Shown here: in pieces, positions 1 through 33,790 of the stretch
Layout of the letters: each line of letters opens with the position of its first letter
Numbering within the stretch: position 1 is the stretch's first letter
Origin: Amoebidium appalachense
Taxonomy: Eukaryota > Protista > Ichthyosporea
DNA length: 64,000 nucleotides
Assembly: GCA_963693365.1 (NCBI GenBank)
Contig: CAVNZM010000003.1
Location: 4,597,106-4,661,105, forward strand
Reading direction: 5' to 3'
Notes under the pieces: model-generated
What the model saw: only the letters and a program-made list of their open reading frames with translations
Told to the model about the DNA's origin: nothing
The model's database searches: none
Translations under genes and position numbers: made by a program

Positions 1-103
1 AATCGATTAGCGCCTGGCATCCGGATTCCATTCCAGACTGCTGCCCCACGGGTATATAAGCTACATCTCTGCCAGGTGCAGACACGGAGTTTAGTCATGG
101 AGT

Positions 104-3770
<3,667 letters not shown>

Positions 3771-4052
3771 GTTGCTTTTGAATATATGCGTACTGTGGCG
3801 AATGTATACGTGTGACGTAAAAGTATAAACTGTATGTATTATAGTCTGAATGTGTCATGTGTTTCCTGGGTCCTTGTGTGTGAAAAGTGTCCGGTTCCAG
3901 AGGTACACACATGTAATGAAGCAAACACAATACTTTGCTGGCTTTCTTTCTTTTTCTTTATAGGAGCAAAAGAATGAGCGTAAGCGCCATTTCTTGAGCC
4001 GAGAGGTAATAAAGCTTTAGCCGTCTGGTTCAAAAACTGCTCAGTGCATGTG

Positions 4053-4144
4053 TAATAGTTTCGTTTGTCTACTCCCTTCTATTTCACAGGCAATTATGTT
4101 AATAGTTTCGTTTGTCTACTCCCTTCTATTTCACAGGCAATTAT
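4053..4144. repeat. Perfect 45-bp tandem duplication (period 47)
   Basis: TAATAGTTTCGTTTGTCTACTCCCTTCTATTTCACAGGCAATTAT occurs at 4053 and again at 4100. Confidence 0.9.
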
Positions 4145-4361
4145 TCAGAGATTCACATATGTCCCCGTCTTTATACATACGCGCAAATGTTTGGCTCGTC
4201 ATCGCTTTGTCACTGGCGTCACCTCAGAATCTTTTCACACGCAGGGTCTAACTAAAAGGCTCTCTTCTCTCTCTCCAAGGCTCTCGCTCTCTCCCTCTCC
4301 CCGAGTCAGTTGGCAAAGTTTGGCGTCCGCGCACCCAGGAGGCTAGGAGGGTGAGGCACGG

Positions 4362-4398
4362 TTTTCCCGCCAAAAATAATATGCTGCACTTTGATTGG
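4362..4398. promoter_or_regulatory. E2F-type site plus CCAAT box upstream of the Duo1-like gene
   Basis: TTTTCCCGCCAAAA matches the E2F consensus TTTSSCGC and is followed by GATTGG (CCAAT on the minus strand). It lies ~600 bp upstream of the Duo1 ATG, which fits a cell-cycle gene. Confidence 0.5.
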
Positions 4399-5938
4399 TT
4401 GAGGAGATTTCGACCACTACGGCGGCAACTGCTCAGCCTGAACTTAGTAATACTTACCTGCGGTGCGGTAAGTATTCAAGTTTACAGGCCTAGTAAAAAG
4501 TAACATAGCAGGAATTTCAGGCTCAATGTTTGGTGGTGTTTGCAAGACTTCTTCTTGTTTTAGGCTGTAAGCTGTGTAGGTAATATGCATACAAGGGTTA
4601 CGTGCCGTTTTATTATCACACATGACTTTTACCGCCAGGTGTAATTAGGTGTGCGAATCAGTAGATTCCGTGCTATCCAAGAATGACCTTAAAGCAATCA
4701 AAAAATAGTATATGAGTTCATGAATCAGCTGCATAGACCAGCTGCAGCGCTGCTCACTCAGAGCCAAGGCACGCTTACTTTCTCTTGCAAAAGGAACATC
4801 AATGAAGAACTTTCAAAATTTAGGAGTATGCAATACATTTTATAAAATATTAAAACCAAAATGTGTATTTGAAAGCACGAATAACTGGGGCCGAAAATTC
4901 ACGAAATTTGGATGGTTTTTTTTAGTGTATCTTTTATCTTTCTATGGGCTGCATGGTATTTCTGGACATGTTTCTATGAAGGATCCATATCATGCACACC
5001 ATCCATCAACCATGGTCGGAAATGTATCGTGCCATGCCAAAAAAAGCTTGATGGTATTTTTGAAAACTGGAGGGTATTTAAGAGGGTTGTAAACGCAGTT
5101 TTAAGAATGTTGCAAATGTTTTTCTACCAATCACCAAGATATTTGAATACTTTCAAGTGCCGATGAAGTTAATCTGCCGTGCTGTGATTGGTACATTTGA
5201 TCAGCTGTATACAAAAAAGGTAAGTATTACTGCTATATCATTGGCCAATTACCTAACGTGATATGCCCATTCATTGTCGTCGGTGCGTAGTCGTACGTAT
5301 TTATTTGCACTACCGCGGAGTTTTGGGGCTCGGTCAGTTGAATAAAACGAAAAGCGACGAGTAGAAAGTAGTCTTACGTGGGATAATCATCGCACAAAAC
5401 AAGACAAGTTAGCTCTTTGATGAGCCAGCACGAATTTCGTTATAAAAAACATAGAAGGGTCGCCTTTGTCTGTTTGGCTTTCCACTCTTGGAACCGTTCT
5501 TCCAGGCATCTCTGATCTCGTAACAATTCGCAGTCACCAACGCCACAACCTTCAATTTCACGCACTCCTGCTGACAGCAGCTGCTCACAGCGGGTACGGA
5601 AAAAGAACCGATTCAAAAGCTACAGCAGATGTATCTAGCGAGATCTATGTGGAATTAGGAAGCCTGGGTTCAGCAGTAAACTACAGCCTTGCATGATCTC
5701 CGAACCTGCATGCTGGTCAAGAACTCTTGGTTCGGTCATTTACTGCTAGGAGTCGTGCGTGCTGAAAGCCTTTCTCCTCGAGCCGTCCCAACAGCAAAAT
5801 CACTACACAGAATCAATCTTATTTTCTTACTAAATTTCGATTTTCTCTGTGGACCCATCGTTGGTTCTCAGGCCAAAGTGCCTGGTTTAGGCTATGCTTC
5901 TCTCGGCCTACCGCACATTTTTGCGCAAGAAAAGCGTC

Positions 5939-14089
<8,151 letters not shown>

Positions 14090-14206
14090 CAAGCTGAGTA
14101 TATACTGATTTATACTGGTTTTTGATACGTTCTCTTTCGAACTATTCATATGACTAGGTATTATTTATGCTTCTCTGGCCGATGTTAGTGGACCCCCTTA
14201 CCACCC

Positions 14207-14262
<56 letters not shown>

Positions 14263-14564
14263 ATGCACGTACACACACATACGGACGCAAACCGTGGCAC
14301 ACACACTGGAGGAGAGAAGGATAGCCATCCTTCACTCTCTCTTGGCACTATAACCCAGGCTGTTTTTGGAAGTCGAACGGAATGTTGTTGCATTTTATGA
14401 GAATCGATATCTATGACAATGACTACCAGTAGAAGCTTGACATGATGTTAACATATAAATTGCATGGGTGGAAGAAAATGTTGTTTGGGAGGGTGTTGGG
14501 GGCATTTGTGTCTGTGTGGGTGGGACATGGGTGGGTGTGTGGGTGGTGGTGGTGGTGGTGGTGG

Positions 14565-14621
<57 letters not shown>

Positions 14622-15397
14622 GGCATGAGCATGAAAAAGTAAACCAGGTGCTGAAATGCAGTGCTCATAGTTCCGTATATTGTACTTTGCTCGTAGGTTC
14701 CTTTAATGGGTGTTGTTAAAGCTCACGCGGTGGTAGTGTGCACAGCAGCTCCGGCTGTCAGGCTTATTGACCAAATTAATATGCATCCGTAATCGGTTTT
14801 GGAGCTCTCAGACGTGGTCGTTTTGTTAAAACGCTTCTCACAAGTGTAAAAGGGTTGGCTACGTATACAATATGATAAAGGTGACTTTTGAGGTTGGGCG
14901 ATTTTACTTGTCTCGGGAGGTTTTTATATGTGTCTTGGTTTAGCGTTGTCCATTTTTACTCAGACTGGCAACTGATTTCGGGATACAGTTTTGGTGTCCG
15001 GAATCGAAGATAAAGACTTTGTTGTATTGTTTATAGCTGTACATGTCCATAAATATTTACATGTTATATTATGTGATTTATAATTATGTACATAATAATC
15101 GAAATGAAAATAAAGAGAATGAAATTTATAACACGAGGCTGTTGAAAAAGTACTCCTTAGGCTAACGTTTAGCAACATCCATAGATAGCCTCTCTACTAC
15201 ATATTAGTAAGCTTCCCGGAAACAGGGCTTGTGGAAGCCTGTGCATGCACGTGTGCGTGAACACGGTGCGCGCGCGTGTGTGTGCGTGTGTGTGTGTGTG
15301 TGTGTGTGCACGTGTACATGTGTATCGCTCACCGGTGCACCGGTGCGTGCGTGTGTGTGTGCACCGTAGCCGTGTGTGCGCGCATGTGAGTGCTTGC

Positions 15398-15431
<34 letters not shown>

Positions 15432-16277
15432 ATTTGTGTATGTGTTCGTGTGTGTGTGTACATGTGTGCACGTGTGTGTGTTTGTGTGTTTTATTTGCGT
15501 TCATGTAGTATGTATGTATGCAAGCACGCGTGCCTGTGTAGCGTACACGTGTTTGTGTGCATGTGTGCGCATATGCATGTGAATTCTTGCCGGTGCGCGA
15601 GATGGTGAGCGCTAGCCCAACCAAAATGTCCGGCATGAGCCAAACCAAAAAAGGCTAAATAAGCCCACGGTGCGCGTGATTTTGGACCCTTTTGATTGGA
15701 CCACCGTCGGAAACGACAATTTGGAATGTGCGACTCGATTACGTAATTGGTGCACTCATACTGACTCCGTTAGTAACAGTGGAAGCCTTTCTATTGTATG
15801 TTTAGTTTGAGAGTCAATGCGATGTTACTATAGAAAAAACGAATGAGGTTCTAATAACCCGTTGCTTCAGGCTTAATGTACATGTATTGCAGGCACCAGC
15901 GTAAGCATCTGTGGGCTGCTTCACACACGATAGGTCTAGCCTAGGCTGCGTGACTACGAATACACGATCGATTGTTACGGACTGAGACCAAACAGGGTCA
16001 CATCACGGAGTATGTATAAGACAAGTTTGCGTACTTCATCTATTACATGTGAGGAGAACGTACTCCCCAAAGTCATAAAACTAAGCCCTTAAACAACATA
16101 TGGCCTAGATAGAGTTGCATAGCATCACGCATCTATTCCACAGAAAGCACCATGGCTCCGTGATCCTCACATTCTGAATCATTGCATGCCCTCGGCTTTA
16201 ACCATTCATAGGCACATGATTTTTATAAAGCTTTCACGTTCTCTTTTTCCCCAACACCACGGTCAATACTCAGCAAA

Positions 16278-23501
<7,224 letters not shown>

Positions 23502-24043
23502 GAAACGGCCCGCTCCTGAGTTATCACCTGGTGTTGAGGTTACTTGTGACATTACTGAGTGAAAGCTTAAATATTCCGTGGGTCGGAAAATACGTAAAAT
23601 TCGTAGGTAATTTTTATGGCAACGTCTGTAGAAAGGTGTCATTGAGTGAAAACTTGCTAAATGTAGAAAAATATGTACATTACGACATATGTATGTATGA
23701 GCGATCTCGCAAACCACTGGTAGAGTAGTATACGAAGTCCAGGGTTAAAACTTAACGGTAAGTCAGGTTTAAAAGTTAACGTTTATGCTAATGCTGACAT
23801 GGCCACGGTATCTTTTAAAGGGTGTATATTGTCAAACGAATAGAAACACATTGCGCTCAGAGTCAGGAATAATTTCATAACACATTTAAAGTTTTGATGC
23901 TATCTACTAATTGGTCACGGCTTTAATTAACTCTGCGCAGAACGCACTAAACTATTAACCATGGTCGATGTAATTGTTCTTCAACCCAGTTCTTCCCTCC
24001 CCATCTTCTCCCCCCCCGGTCCCCCTCCCCCCCCTCTCGCCCC

Positions 24044-24134
<91 letters not shown>

Positions 24135-24238
24135 CGAACTCACCCACCGCCTGCCGAAACCCCAACACAAACTTTTAATTGTACCGATGACAAACCACAC
24201 GTCCTGCCTACCATATTCAAAGCCATCCCCCCCCCCCC

Positions 24239-24279
<41 letters not shown>

Positions 24280-25120
24280 CCTCTCCCCGTCTTCCTCGAG
24301 GGGAATAATTATTGTTTACTGAACTTCTCCACGCACCGGCACTAACTTCACATATGGCGCTTAGCCTATGTAACGGGCAATTATTGATAATTAACTTAGG
24401 CTAATCGGATCGATGACTTACACAGTGTGATCTAGAACTACCAAAGTCTACATCATGCACGGCGGGCGGCAGGGCGTGCCGCGGGCGGGCAAAATGTTGA
24501 ATTGTTAAGTTATTTACATAGCTATATATGGTCACAATAATATGGCAGTAAATTTGGCGCAAAGAAAAAATAGTATTTATGAAACAATAAAAAGAGTAGG
24601 AAAAAGGCAGCAACTTAGTAGTTATTGGGACGAAGCAGGGCCTTTTCCGTGGGGTTTTCACTGCTCAGCTGGGTGTCAGTGAAAATACAATGAGCTTGAT
24701 GATGGCATATATTACCGATGATACTGCTTTCACCACATGATCTGTCCCTTCAATGCAATTGTTTACATAGAATACTTTTCAAAAAAAAATTGCGGAGGGA
24801 GGGGGGGGGGGGGGGGGGAAGGGGGGGTTTATCCCGTTTTGTTCCCGGAGGGACCCCCCCCCCCCCCCCCCCCCCCCCCCCGCCCCACATGCAGGGTGCC
24901 CTCATATAGGAACTAGAAATAGGAACTACCGTCTTCCATACAACACACAGTGTGCCCTAGTTAGTTATGGAGCTTAAAGTGCAATCAGTGAATTGTGATT
25001 AGGTACCGCTACCACGGTATGCCATTGGATACATGAATCGCGATGATGCATGGGCACCCCTGGGTAGGCAGGGTGGGTGGGCATTTTCTTTCTTTCTTTC
25101 TTTTCCTTTTTTTTTTTTTT

Positions 25121-25161
<41 letters not shown>

Positions 25162-25267
25162 CACGAACAATTTCAAAGCTCAATCTCACAGTGTGTCACT
25201 ATAGTATTATGCGGTTGTACGTTATTATGTATTTGCCAATAATTGGCGGCATTGCGCCGCAAGAGAG

Positions 25268-25336
<69 letters not shown>

Positions 25337-25391
25337 CTTCAAAAAGTTCAACCATAAACCTAACTAAGGAGGAGGAGTACATGAGAAAGTG

Positions 25392-26040
<649 letters not shown>

Positions 26041-26330
26041 GTGTCACAGTGTGTGTGTGTGTGCATGTGTGAAGGGAGGGGGGGGGGGGGGGGGGGGGGG
26101 GGATTTGGATACACATAGCTATCTGAACAGTACCGAGCTATTATGTATGCAACAACAAAATGATAGATAAAAGTTAGTATCCCGAGTATCACCGATGTCC
26201 TCTCCCTCCGGTTCCTCCTCCCCCCCCCCCTCCCCCCCCCCCCTCCCCCCCCCCCCTATCTCCCTCTCTCTCTAGAGCTCCTGCCCTCTCCCGCCCCCAT
26301 CCATCCCGCCTCCCCGGCCCCCGCGGTGTG

Positions 26331-26362
<32 letters not shown>

Positions 26363-26373
26363 ACACACTCACT

Positions 26374-26465
<92 letters not shown>

Positions 26466-26478
26466 TCACACACACACA

Positions 26479-26537
<59 letters not shown>

Positions 26538-27216
26538 ACACACTGCACACGTACACACACACACACGTACACACACAGTGACACACACACATACGCACGC
26601 ACGCATGCAGGGTATAACACCGTGACCTAAACTTTCGGAATGTTTGATCAAGCTCCCTCATGTGATGCTTACTCTTGCAGTGCTGAGCCGCGGCAAAATC
26701 GAATCACCGAGTCCCCTTTTTGACATGGCCTTTGTCCCTCGAGTCCGGGGATCCGGAGTCCGGGTACCCGGTCAGACAAGGTCAGACATTCGAATTCATT
26801 TACAACGATCCTTTATCTCCGGAACTCATGATCATGGATGAGCACAACGTTGACGACTGATACGGCCGCTGAGGCCTGGCATCCGCTCTACCCTGCGACA
26901 CGCCTTGGCCGCCGCCGGTCACTGTACCGGCAGGCTCCCCTGCCGGCGCCCCCCTGCCGGTCACTCCGAGGACGCGCAGTCGAACCCTGCCAAGTGTGCC
27001 GAGCCTAATGATGCCAGGCCAAAGGCCACACACACGGCCCTCTGAAAAAAAGACGGCCTGGATACACTACGTCATAAAATCGCATTCCATTGTGCTCGTG
27101 GTATCTCGATCCACTGGATTCCGGCCCTAAAACGAGATGTCGGCACAGAACATGTATGTTGTTGTTTTTCGTTTACGTCTCGCTTTTTTTGGTTCAAAGA
27201 CGGAGACATCGGTAAC

Positions 27217-27847
27217 ATGGCTGACGGCGGGACTGGCCTTATGAAGGGAGCTGCTCCTCCCGAGCCTGGAATGGATAAGAAGAGAAGTAACGGTCTGCGT
27301 AGCAACAAAATCGGTAACATATGCAGTGTTCCAGGCTGCAGAGGCAACTACGACGACCAAAACAAGGTTTTCGTTTACAAATTCCCCAACCCAAACGACG
27401 GGCGCATTAAAAGCAAGACGCTACGCGAAGAAACACGGAACCTTCTCAGTGCGTGGCTACGTGCTGTGCCGAGGCAGTGGCCTGAGAACTTCGACCCGCA
27501 CGGTGTTGCGCGGGTCTGCTGCCGTCACTTTCCCGCCCATGACATCGTTAAAAAAGGTGGCAAAGCGTGGCCTAGGCCAGGCGCCGTCCCGAGCATTTTT
27601 CCCAACTGCCCCAGTTACCTGAGCGCCACTTCCGCGCCTCCTCGTACGGACCCGGAAGAGAGAGCCGCAAAGATGGAGAAGGTTCGGGCAAGGCAAGAGG
27701 AAGAGGCAGTAGCGAGGAAGCGCCAGAAGGAGATGTTCGTGTTCGGCCAGCTTGTTGTCCGTGCCCTGGAAATAGCGGAGCGGCACGCCGGCTGGAGGGT
27801 TTACGGAGGAAACACAGTGGTCGCTGGCGTTTACGAGCAAGACAATG
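27217..27847 (+). CDS. P-transposase exon 1: THAP zinc finger plus coiled coil
   Basis: CSVPGC...YKFP...WLRAVPR...RVCCRHF...PGAVPSIFP is the C2CH THAP signature with its AVPxIF box. The exon ends at a phase-1 donor G|GTACCC. Confidence 0.9.
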
Positions 27848-27966
27848 GTACCCCCCCCCCCCCCCCCCCCCCCCTCAAAATCCCCTCCAATGTCCTAATG
27901 CCCTCGCCCCCTCACCCCCTCACCCCCCCAACACACAAGGTCACATGAGGAGTCGACCGGCATGAA

Positions 27967-28002
<36 letters not shown>

Positions 28003-28089
28003 TTGTGTGTGTCTGTGTGTGACACTGTGTGTGTGTGTGTGTGTGTGTGACACGTGTGTGTGTGCGCGCGCATCAGTGTGTTTGTGTGC

Positions 28090-28123
<34 letters not shown>

Positions 28124-28244
28124 TGTGTCTGTGTCGGGATGGGTGGGGGGGGGGGGGGGGGGGGGGGGTTTCCATATGGTTTTTCACATGCCAAGCGTAG
28201 TCAAATGTGGTGCCACACAGATTTTGCTGACTTTTAATTTGCAG

Positions 28245-28415
28245 GCCAGTCTCAACCGCTATCTCCTGGACAGCGGCGTGAGCGGCGAGAAGCTCAACTT
28301 TGTGCTCACCAGAAAGTTTCAAACCGACTCCCTTGAGGGTGCTTTTGGCACAATCCGACAGTACAGCGGTGGGAACTACAACGTTGGGACAGCACAGGTG
28401 GGTACCTCCCCTCCT

Positions 28416-28478
<63 letters not shown>

Positions 28479-28977
28479 ACACGCACACCCCTACCCTACT
28501 CAGCCACCCACCCACTGCCTGCAACAATGAAACACAAGAGATACATCACACACACACACGATTCATACAGCATTACAAAGAACAGAGACAGAACAGATAT
28601 AGGATGATTTGGTGATTCACCTTAATAATAGGATAGTGGTGTCATGACATGGTGGCCCCGGGGAATAAAATAATCAGGAGAAAAAAAAAAGGGGGGGGGG
28701 GGGATAGCGAGAGAGGCAGGGACGGAAGAAGGGGTTGGAGGAGGAGGGGAGGGGGAGGGGGGGGGTATCAGGATAAAAGGAGTGTGGTGAAAAGAAAGGG
28801 TGCAAAGAAAACTGAACGAAAAATGAAATTAGGGGGTGGGGTGGGGGGGGGGGGGGGGGGCGGGGCTGTTGAACTCAAACCACAAAAATGCACACACGTA
28901 CACGCACACACACACACACAGACACACAGACACACATACACCAAACACCACACACACACACACACACACACACCGTA

Positions 28978-29030
<53 letters not shown>

Positions 29031-30254
29031 ATACATACACAACCCCATGCAGATATACCTAAACCATGCTTGTGTACACACGAAGATATGCTATGATACA
29101 CTGCTTGCGCGCCCGCGCCATAGTGTGTCATATTAAACTTTTATAGCCACGTGCCATCTATATATACACAAATCACACAATAAACTCACCTCTATGTACA
29201 GACTCTCCAGGCCGTCAAAAGGATACGGGTGCAGAAGCTGGCAAAGCTGGCAGTGCAGACGGGCACAAGTGTAACACAGCTGTTCGACAACATGAACACA
29301 GCACTCAACAGCAAACGCAAAACGATCACCATCGAGACCATTCTCCCACTCTACAACAACACCATCTGGGACCACGTCTATAAAATCAGCGAAGACGTCA
29401 GAAAGCCAGAGGTGCTAACCTACCGGGCAGGGTTCTGTGTGCACGCGCTTCACGTGCGCGGTGTTGGCTGCAACACAAGTCGTGCACATCTCGAAATCAC
29501 CACACCCAACAAAAACACCAACACACCCACTGAAACAAGCACCACAGCTACCGAAACAGCCACCACTACGGCCGGGAGAGCCACAGACGATCACTACCGA
29601 CTCATCCGCGCCGCCAATCGGGGGGGCCTGACTTTCCCTTCACCACCAACAGTGAGCATTGTCACATTGGTCTACTGTGTGGTGGAGGCACTGCTAAAGC
29701 CACTGGTCAACACGTACCTTCCGGGGGGCAGCCATAGAACGGTGGCTGTGCTACTCAGCGAACATGCAGTCAAAAGGTACAATACCGATAAGGCACTTAT
29801 GGACGAGTGTGGGGTGTGCGGCACGCAAAAGAGAGCACTAGTGGAACGACTAATAACCGTTGCAACCAACTGCCACCTGAGCGCGTATGTGCGTCAACGC
29901 AAGGAACAAGCGAAGAAAGCACCCAACAAAGCAAACCGGAAAGCCAAAACAGTGCAGGCGGCCGCTTTGGCGGCGAGCGAGGCCGCCGCGGGGGCTGGCG
30001 TCCCCGCCACAGTTGCAGGGAGCATGCCGTCGACAAAACCAGCAAAGAAGAAAAAGGAGAGCAAAACAGAGGAAAAGGGAGGCGAAGGGAGGAAGAAGGG
30101 AAAGAAAGGTGAAAACAAAACAACCACGGCGGAACCACCTACCGTCGAGTGGGAGATGGAGGGAAACGATGACGAGCTGGTGGCTGCACTGGAGGCAGCA
30201 GAGGCGGAGTACGATTGGATGGTAGAGGCGTATTTGGAGGAAGCAGAGCTCTAG
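28245..30254 (+). pseudogene. P-transposase 3' exons (28245-28397, 29202-30254): end of the RNase H-like domain and the C-terminal domain, out of phase with exon 1
   Basis: YLL...FVLTRKFQTDSLEGAFGTIRQYSGGNYN (region of the catalytic E), LTYRAGF...C and NRGGLTFPS. The central catalytic DD and GTP-binding portion is absent. Confidence 0.85.
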
Positions 30255-32699
30255 CGGCTTTGTCAGTGTTTTCTAACCCTCTTTCTTTTCTTTTTTTGCC
30301 AGTAGGTAGAGGTGTGAGGGTTTGCCCGGGGGGGGGGGGGGGGAGGGGGGGGGGGGCTACACAGTGTTTATTGGTTGGTGGTTAGTGTTGCAGGACATAG
30401 ACGTTCTAATACTTAACATACAGGTAGTATTATGTTACCTAGTGGATAGAAACACCTTTGAGAGAATATACGCAAAGAAGAGTTCTAGTTTTGTAGCAGA
30501 TCTTTGCTCACTATGTGTAAACGTGAACTACTCAATAGATATAACTATACTGAGACTCAGCTACACTATTATGTACACTATGCCAAAACTTTGTGCTATA
30601 GGGCTTGCGCATATTACTCTAAGACAAAAAAACGCCTTAGAACATAGGAAGCACTTCATAAACTTTTGTCGTTTTTTTTTTTCCCTTCCGTTTTCCTTCA
30701 ACTGATAGTAGTTTGCTAGCGAATCCAGTGGATCGAAATACCAATCTGCTCTTTTGACCCCGTTCTGTATCCAGGCCGTCTTTTTTTCAGAGGGCCGTGC
30801 CACACATCAGATCACTTGTGGCTCATAACTGTGTACACGTCATGGTTAGATGCACGTCATGAGGCGGTGACACTGTCAGACACTGTCTGCGGATAGTTCA
30901 TTAGGGTGTGAAACTTTTCTTTGTAACATATGCAGATGGTGTTTGGGCAGTTGGCGCTTCTCCCAGCCCGGATAAAAAGGCCACCAACCAGGCTGTCCCG
31001 TGTTTTGGCTGAATTTCTTACTGAAAAGCTGAGTGTCATTTGTTGGGCCTCCTGTTACCATAAACCGCTCATTATGACCGTCTCACGTTTGTATGAAAGA
31101 TGAGGCATGCATATATATGCATCATTGCAGCATTTAAATTCATTTAATTAAGGGGCCCCTTAAGGAGATTGATCGTAGGCCCGGGGGAAACAGTGCCTCC
31201 AAAACTTTGATAACTGTTCTATAACGGCGAGCTCCCCTCAGAACTGTCTGAATCTAGCATCGGTGACGCCTTTTTGAGGGGCCATCAATTAGAGAGAGAG
31301 CTATGTACCGTAGCGACTTGCACTTGAGCTTTGTGTCCTATTTGGCACCCTGGCTATGACAGCTCAAGGCCATCAGATTGGTTTACCTAAAATGCGTCAG
31401 GAGTCAGATGATTGGTTCAGGCTTCCTCTACTGTGCGAGCTGCGATTATCATTGGGGCTCAGGATCAATGGAAAAGTCACACGTGGTGCCATGCGTCATG
31501 CCTGAGTTTCGAGTGCTGCATATAAGATCCCAATCATTTTGTTCGCTGTTTACGACAAAACATGCTGTCTTCTAAATACAGTAGTAAAAATTCAAAAGGA
31601 TGGTTCACAAAGCAATGGTGAGTTGCATGTGAAACTTCAGCTAATATAGAAACTGATCGGGATAGACTTCTCCGTAGAGAACGCACCGCTTGGAGCCGGG
31701 TGAGCGGGCGGCGTATGTATCTTGTACAATAGGTGCACGTAGGATTTGGAAGAAACGTGATCAGCTGCGGCAATCGGCTGTACGGCGGCCTTGTGTACAC
31801 TGAACAGTACACCCTATTGTAAGCGCAATAGGTATGTAATGCCTTTTAGTTAGTTTTATTATTTTTATCGTTTGGATATATAAAAAATTTCATCGAATCC
31901 TCTCACTCGGCCCCAACCGGTTGTGCTGGCCCATGGCAGCCCGAGCTCTTAAGATCTACGTAAGTGAAGCCCTGCACAGGCTGGCCGGGGCGGCCCGCGG
32001 GTCTGAGCCGGCCAGGGCCCGGTGTGTGTGCCTGGCAAGGGACTCGCGATCAGATGGGGCCTTCGCTCTCCAAAAAATTAACATCCTAATACAGTACATT
32101 TTAATAGCGGAAAAATTAAAAACTGGTTATTCTGAGGGATTGAAACTGAAGCTCTGCATGAAGAGAGAGCTTATAAGTATACTTGAGCTTGGGAGGTCAC
32201 CAGCTGAGAGCTCCGTGGCTGCGTCAGCTGATCGATCTATATAGATCTCAGACTATTTCTGCCAAGGCCGAAGGAAAAATAAGCCAGCTACAGGGATATA
32301 TGCATATGCGCAAGCCGGGTAAAATATTTTGCATTTGTAACCTTCAGCGCTTTTGGTTTTACCGTAACTTTTTTAAAAGGGTTCAACTTGCTTGTACCTT
32401 TTATTGAAGCCCCCCTTGAATCTTGCCGATTCTGTTGAGCTACGTTCGTGAGGCCAGGCTACAAAACCAAACGCAACCATGATATATAGCCACTTAGCGT
32501 GATCCATGTTTTTATCTTCCACAAAACACTAAGACGCAGCACAACTCTTGCTTGATTGTAGCAAATCAAAACGGCGCACGGCTCTAGCTCTAATACCGGA
32601 ATGCACAAGAAGTCGATTGATTGGACAAGTTATTAAGCTACTCAATTGCCTGACTTTGGACTTATCGAAGTGACTGATTTGTCATTCGGATGACAAGAT

Positions 32700-33631
32700 C
32701 CTATTGGCCTTTTTCATGCCAGAGTCCAATGAAATAGTGACAACGGTTTCACGTGGTAAGTGGGCCCCTATTGGCTACTCGCTCGGTGAAAACAAACAAC
32801 ATGTTGAGCAAAGAGCTTGAAGAACGAAATGCACTGATTTGCACATAAAGCAAATTAGTCTTTTATACATAAATTTAAGATTGGTGTTACGAAGTTTTTT
32901 GCTTAGTAATACGAATAAAAAACTTAGAAGCTAACTGTGTACAATAATTCTTTGGAGCGATCATGCGAACGATTGGCTTATAACGGGCCAATCCAGGAGC
33001 TATACACAAAGCTGTGCAAAAAAAAACAATAGAATAATCCAACAGCCTGAGGCCCGTATTGAAATGAGGTACATGTTCACTCACGTGTCCAAAAATACTC
33101 CTACAACGGCAAATTTTATTTTTTCAGACCTATAAGCACAAAAAAAAAAACACCTATTCGTGGGCGGCTTTAACGAAGGGCGCCGACCAAGGGCGGCTAA
33201 TTTATTCTTACCAAAGCCTCAGCCCAACGTTACGCTATAAACGCGGACGTACCGGCCGCGCGCGGTCGGCCGGCCCCCGGCCAAACGGTGAAAGGATTGC
33301 CAAAACACTGTCAGGCTTATTAGGTCGGCCGCTTTTGAAGCCTACTTATAATATACATATTTTATATCCATATACATCAATCAACACATACTTTTAGGGT
33401 GATCCTTGATTGATAGTGGACAGTGGTGCTGGGAAGAATTTGGTGTTGCACTTCCCACGGCGCACGAAGATTCTCATATATATCAGCTGCATACTTTGTA
33501 TGAGAATTTGCTTCGCTCATCGATTCAGGCTCACCCAATGGCAGGCCAGCCGCAAAGGTCGTAGATCTCCTTTGTATTGGTGTAGTATCATTTATCTACT
33601 TTGGCGGCACAAGGGCGTTTAACTATATAAA
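32700..33631 (+). promoter_or_regulatory. Putative Myc promoter: CCAAT boxes, E-boxes and TATA box
   Basis: CACGTG at 32750 and 33082 (also 31480); several ATTGG/CCAAT motifs between 32704 and 32992; TATAAA at 33626, ~165 bp upstream of the ATG. Confidence 0.45.
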
Positions 33632-33790
33632 TGTTGTTTGCACTGTGGCTGGGGCGTGCAGATTCGCCGGCCGTTGTTTTGGCTGTGTCTAAATTTTTCA
33701 ACAAGGGTTCACGCCAATAGTTTAGCGTTTCCTTTCGCCAAGATCTTTTGAACCTGCTTTACCCTTTGTATCAAGGAAACATTAGCAAAA

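Larger units (their letters stand above)
27033..30799 (+). mobile_element. P-superfamily (THAP) DNA transposon, internally deleted and non-autonomous, 3767 bp
   Basis: Perfect 34-bp TIRs CACGGCCCTCTGAAAAAAAGACGGCCTGGATACA (27033-27066 / 30766-30799); 7-bp TSD CCACACA (27026-27032 / 30800-30806); 23-bp subterminal inverted repeat with one mismatch (27099-27121 / 30721-30743); THAP and P-transposase C-terminal motifs inside. Confidence 0.95.
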
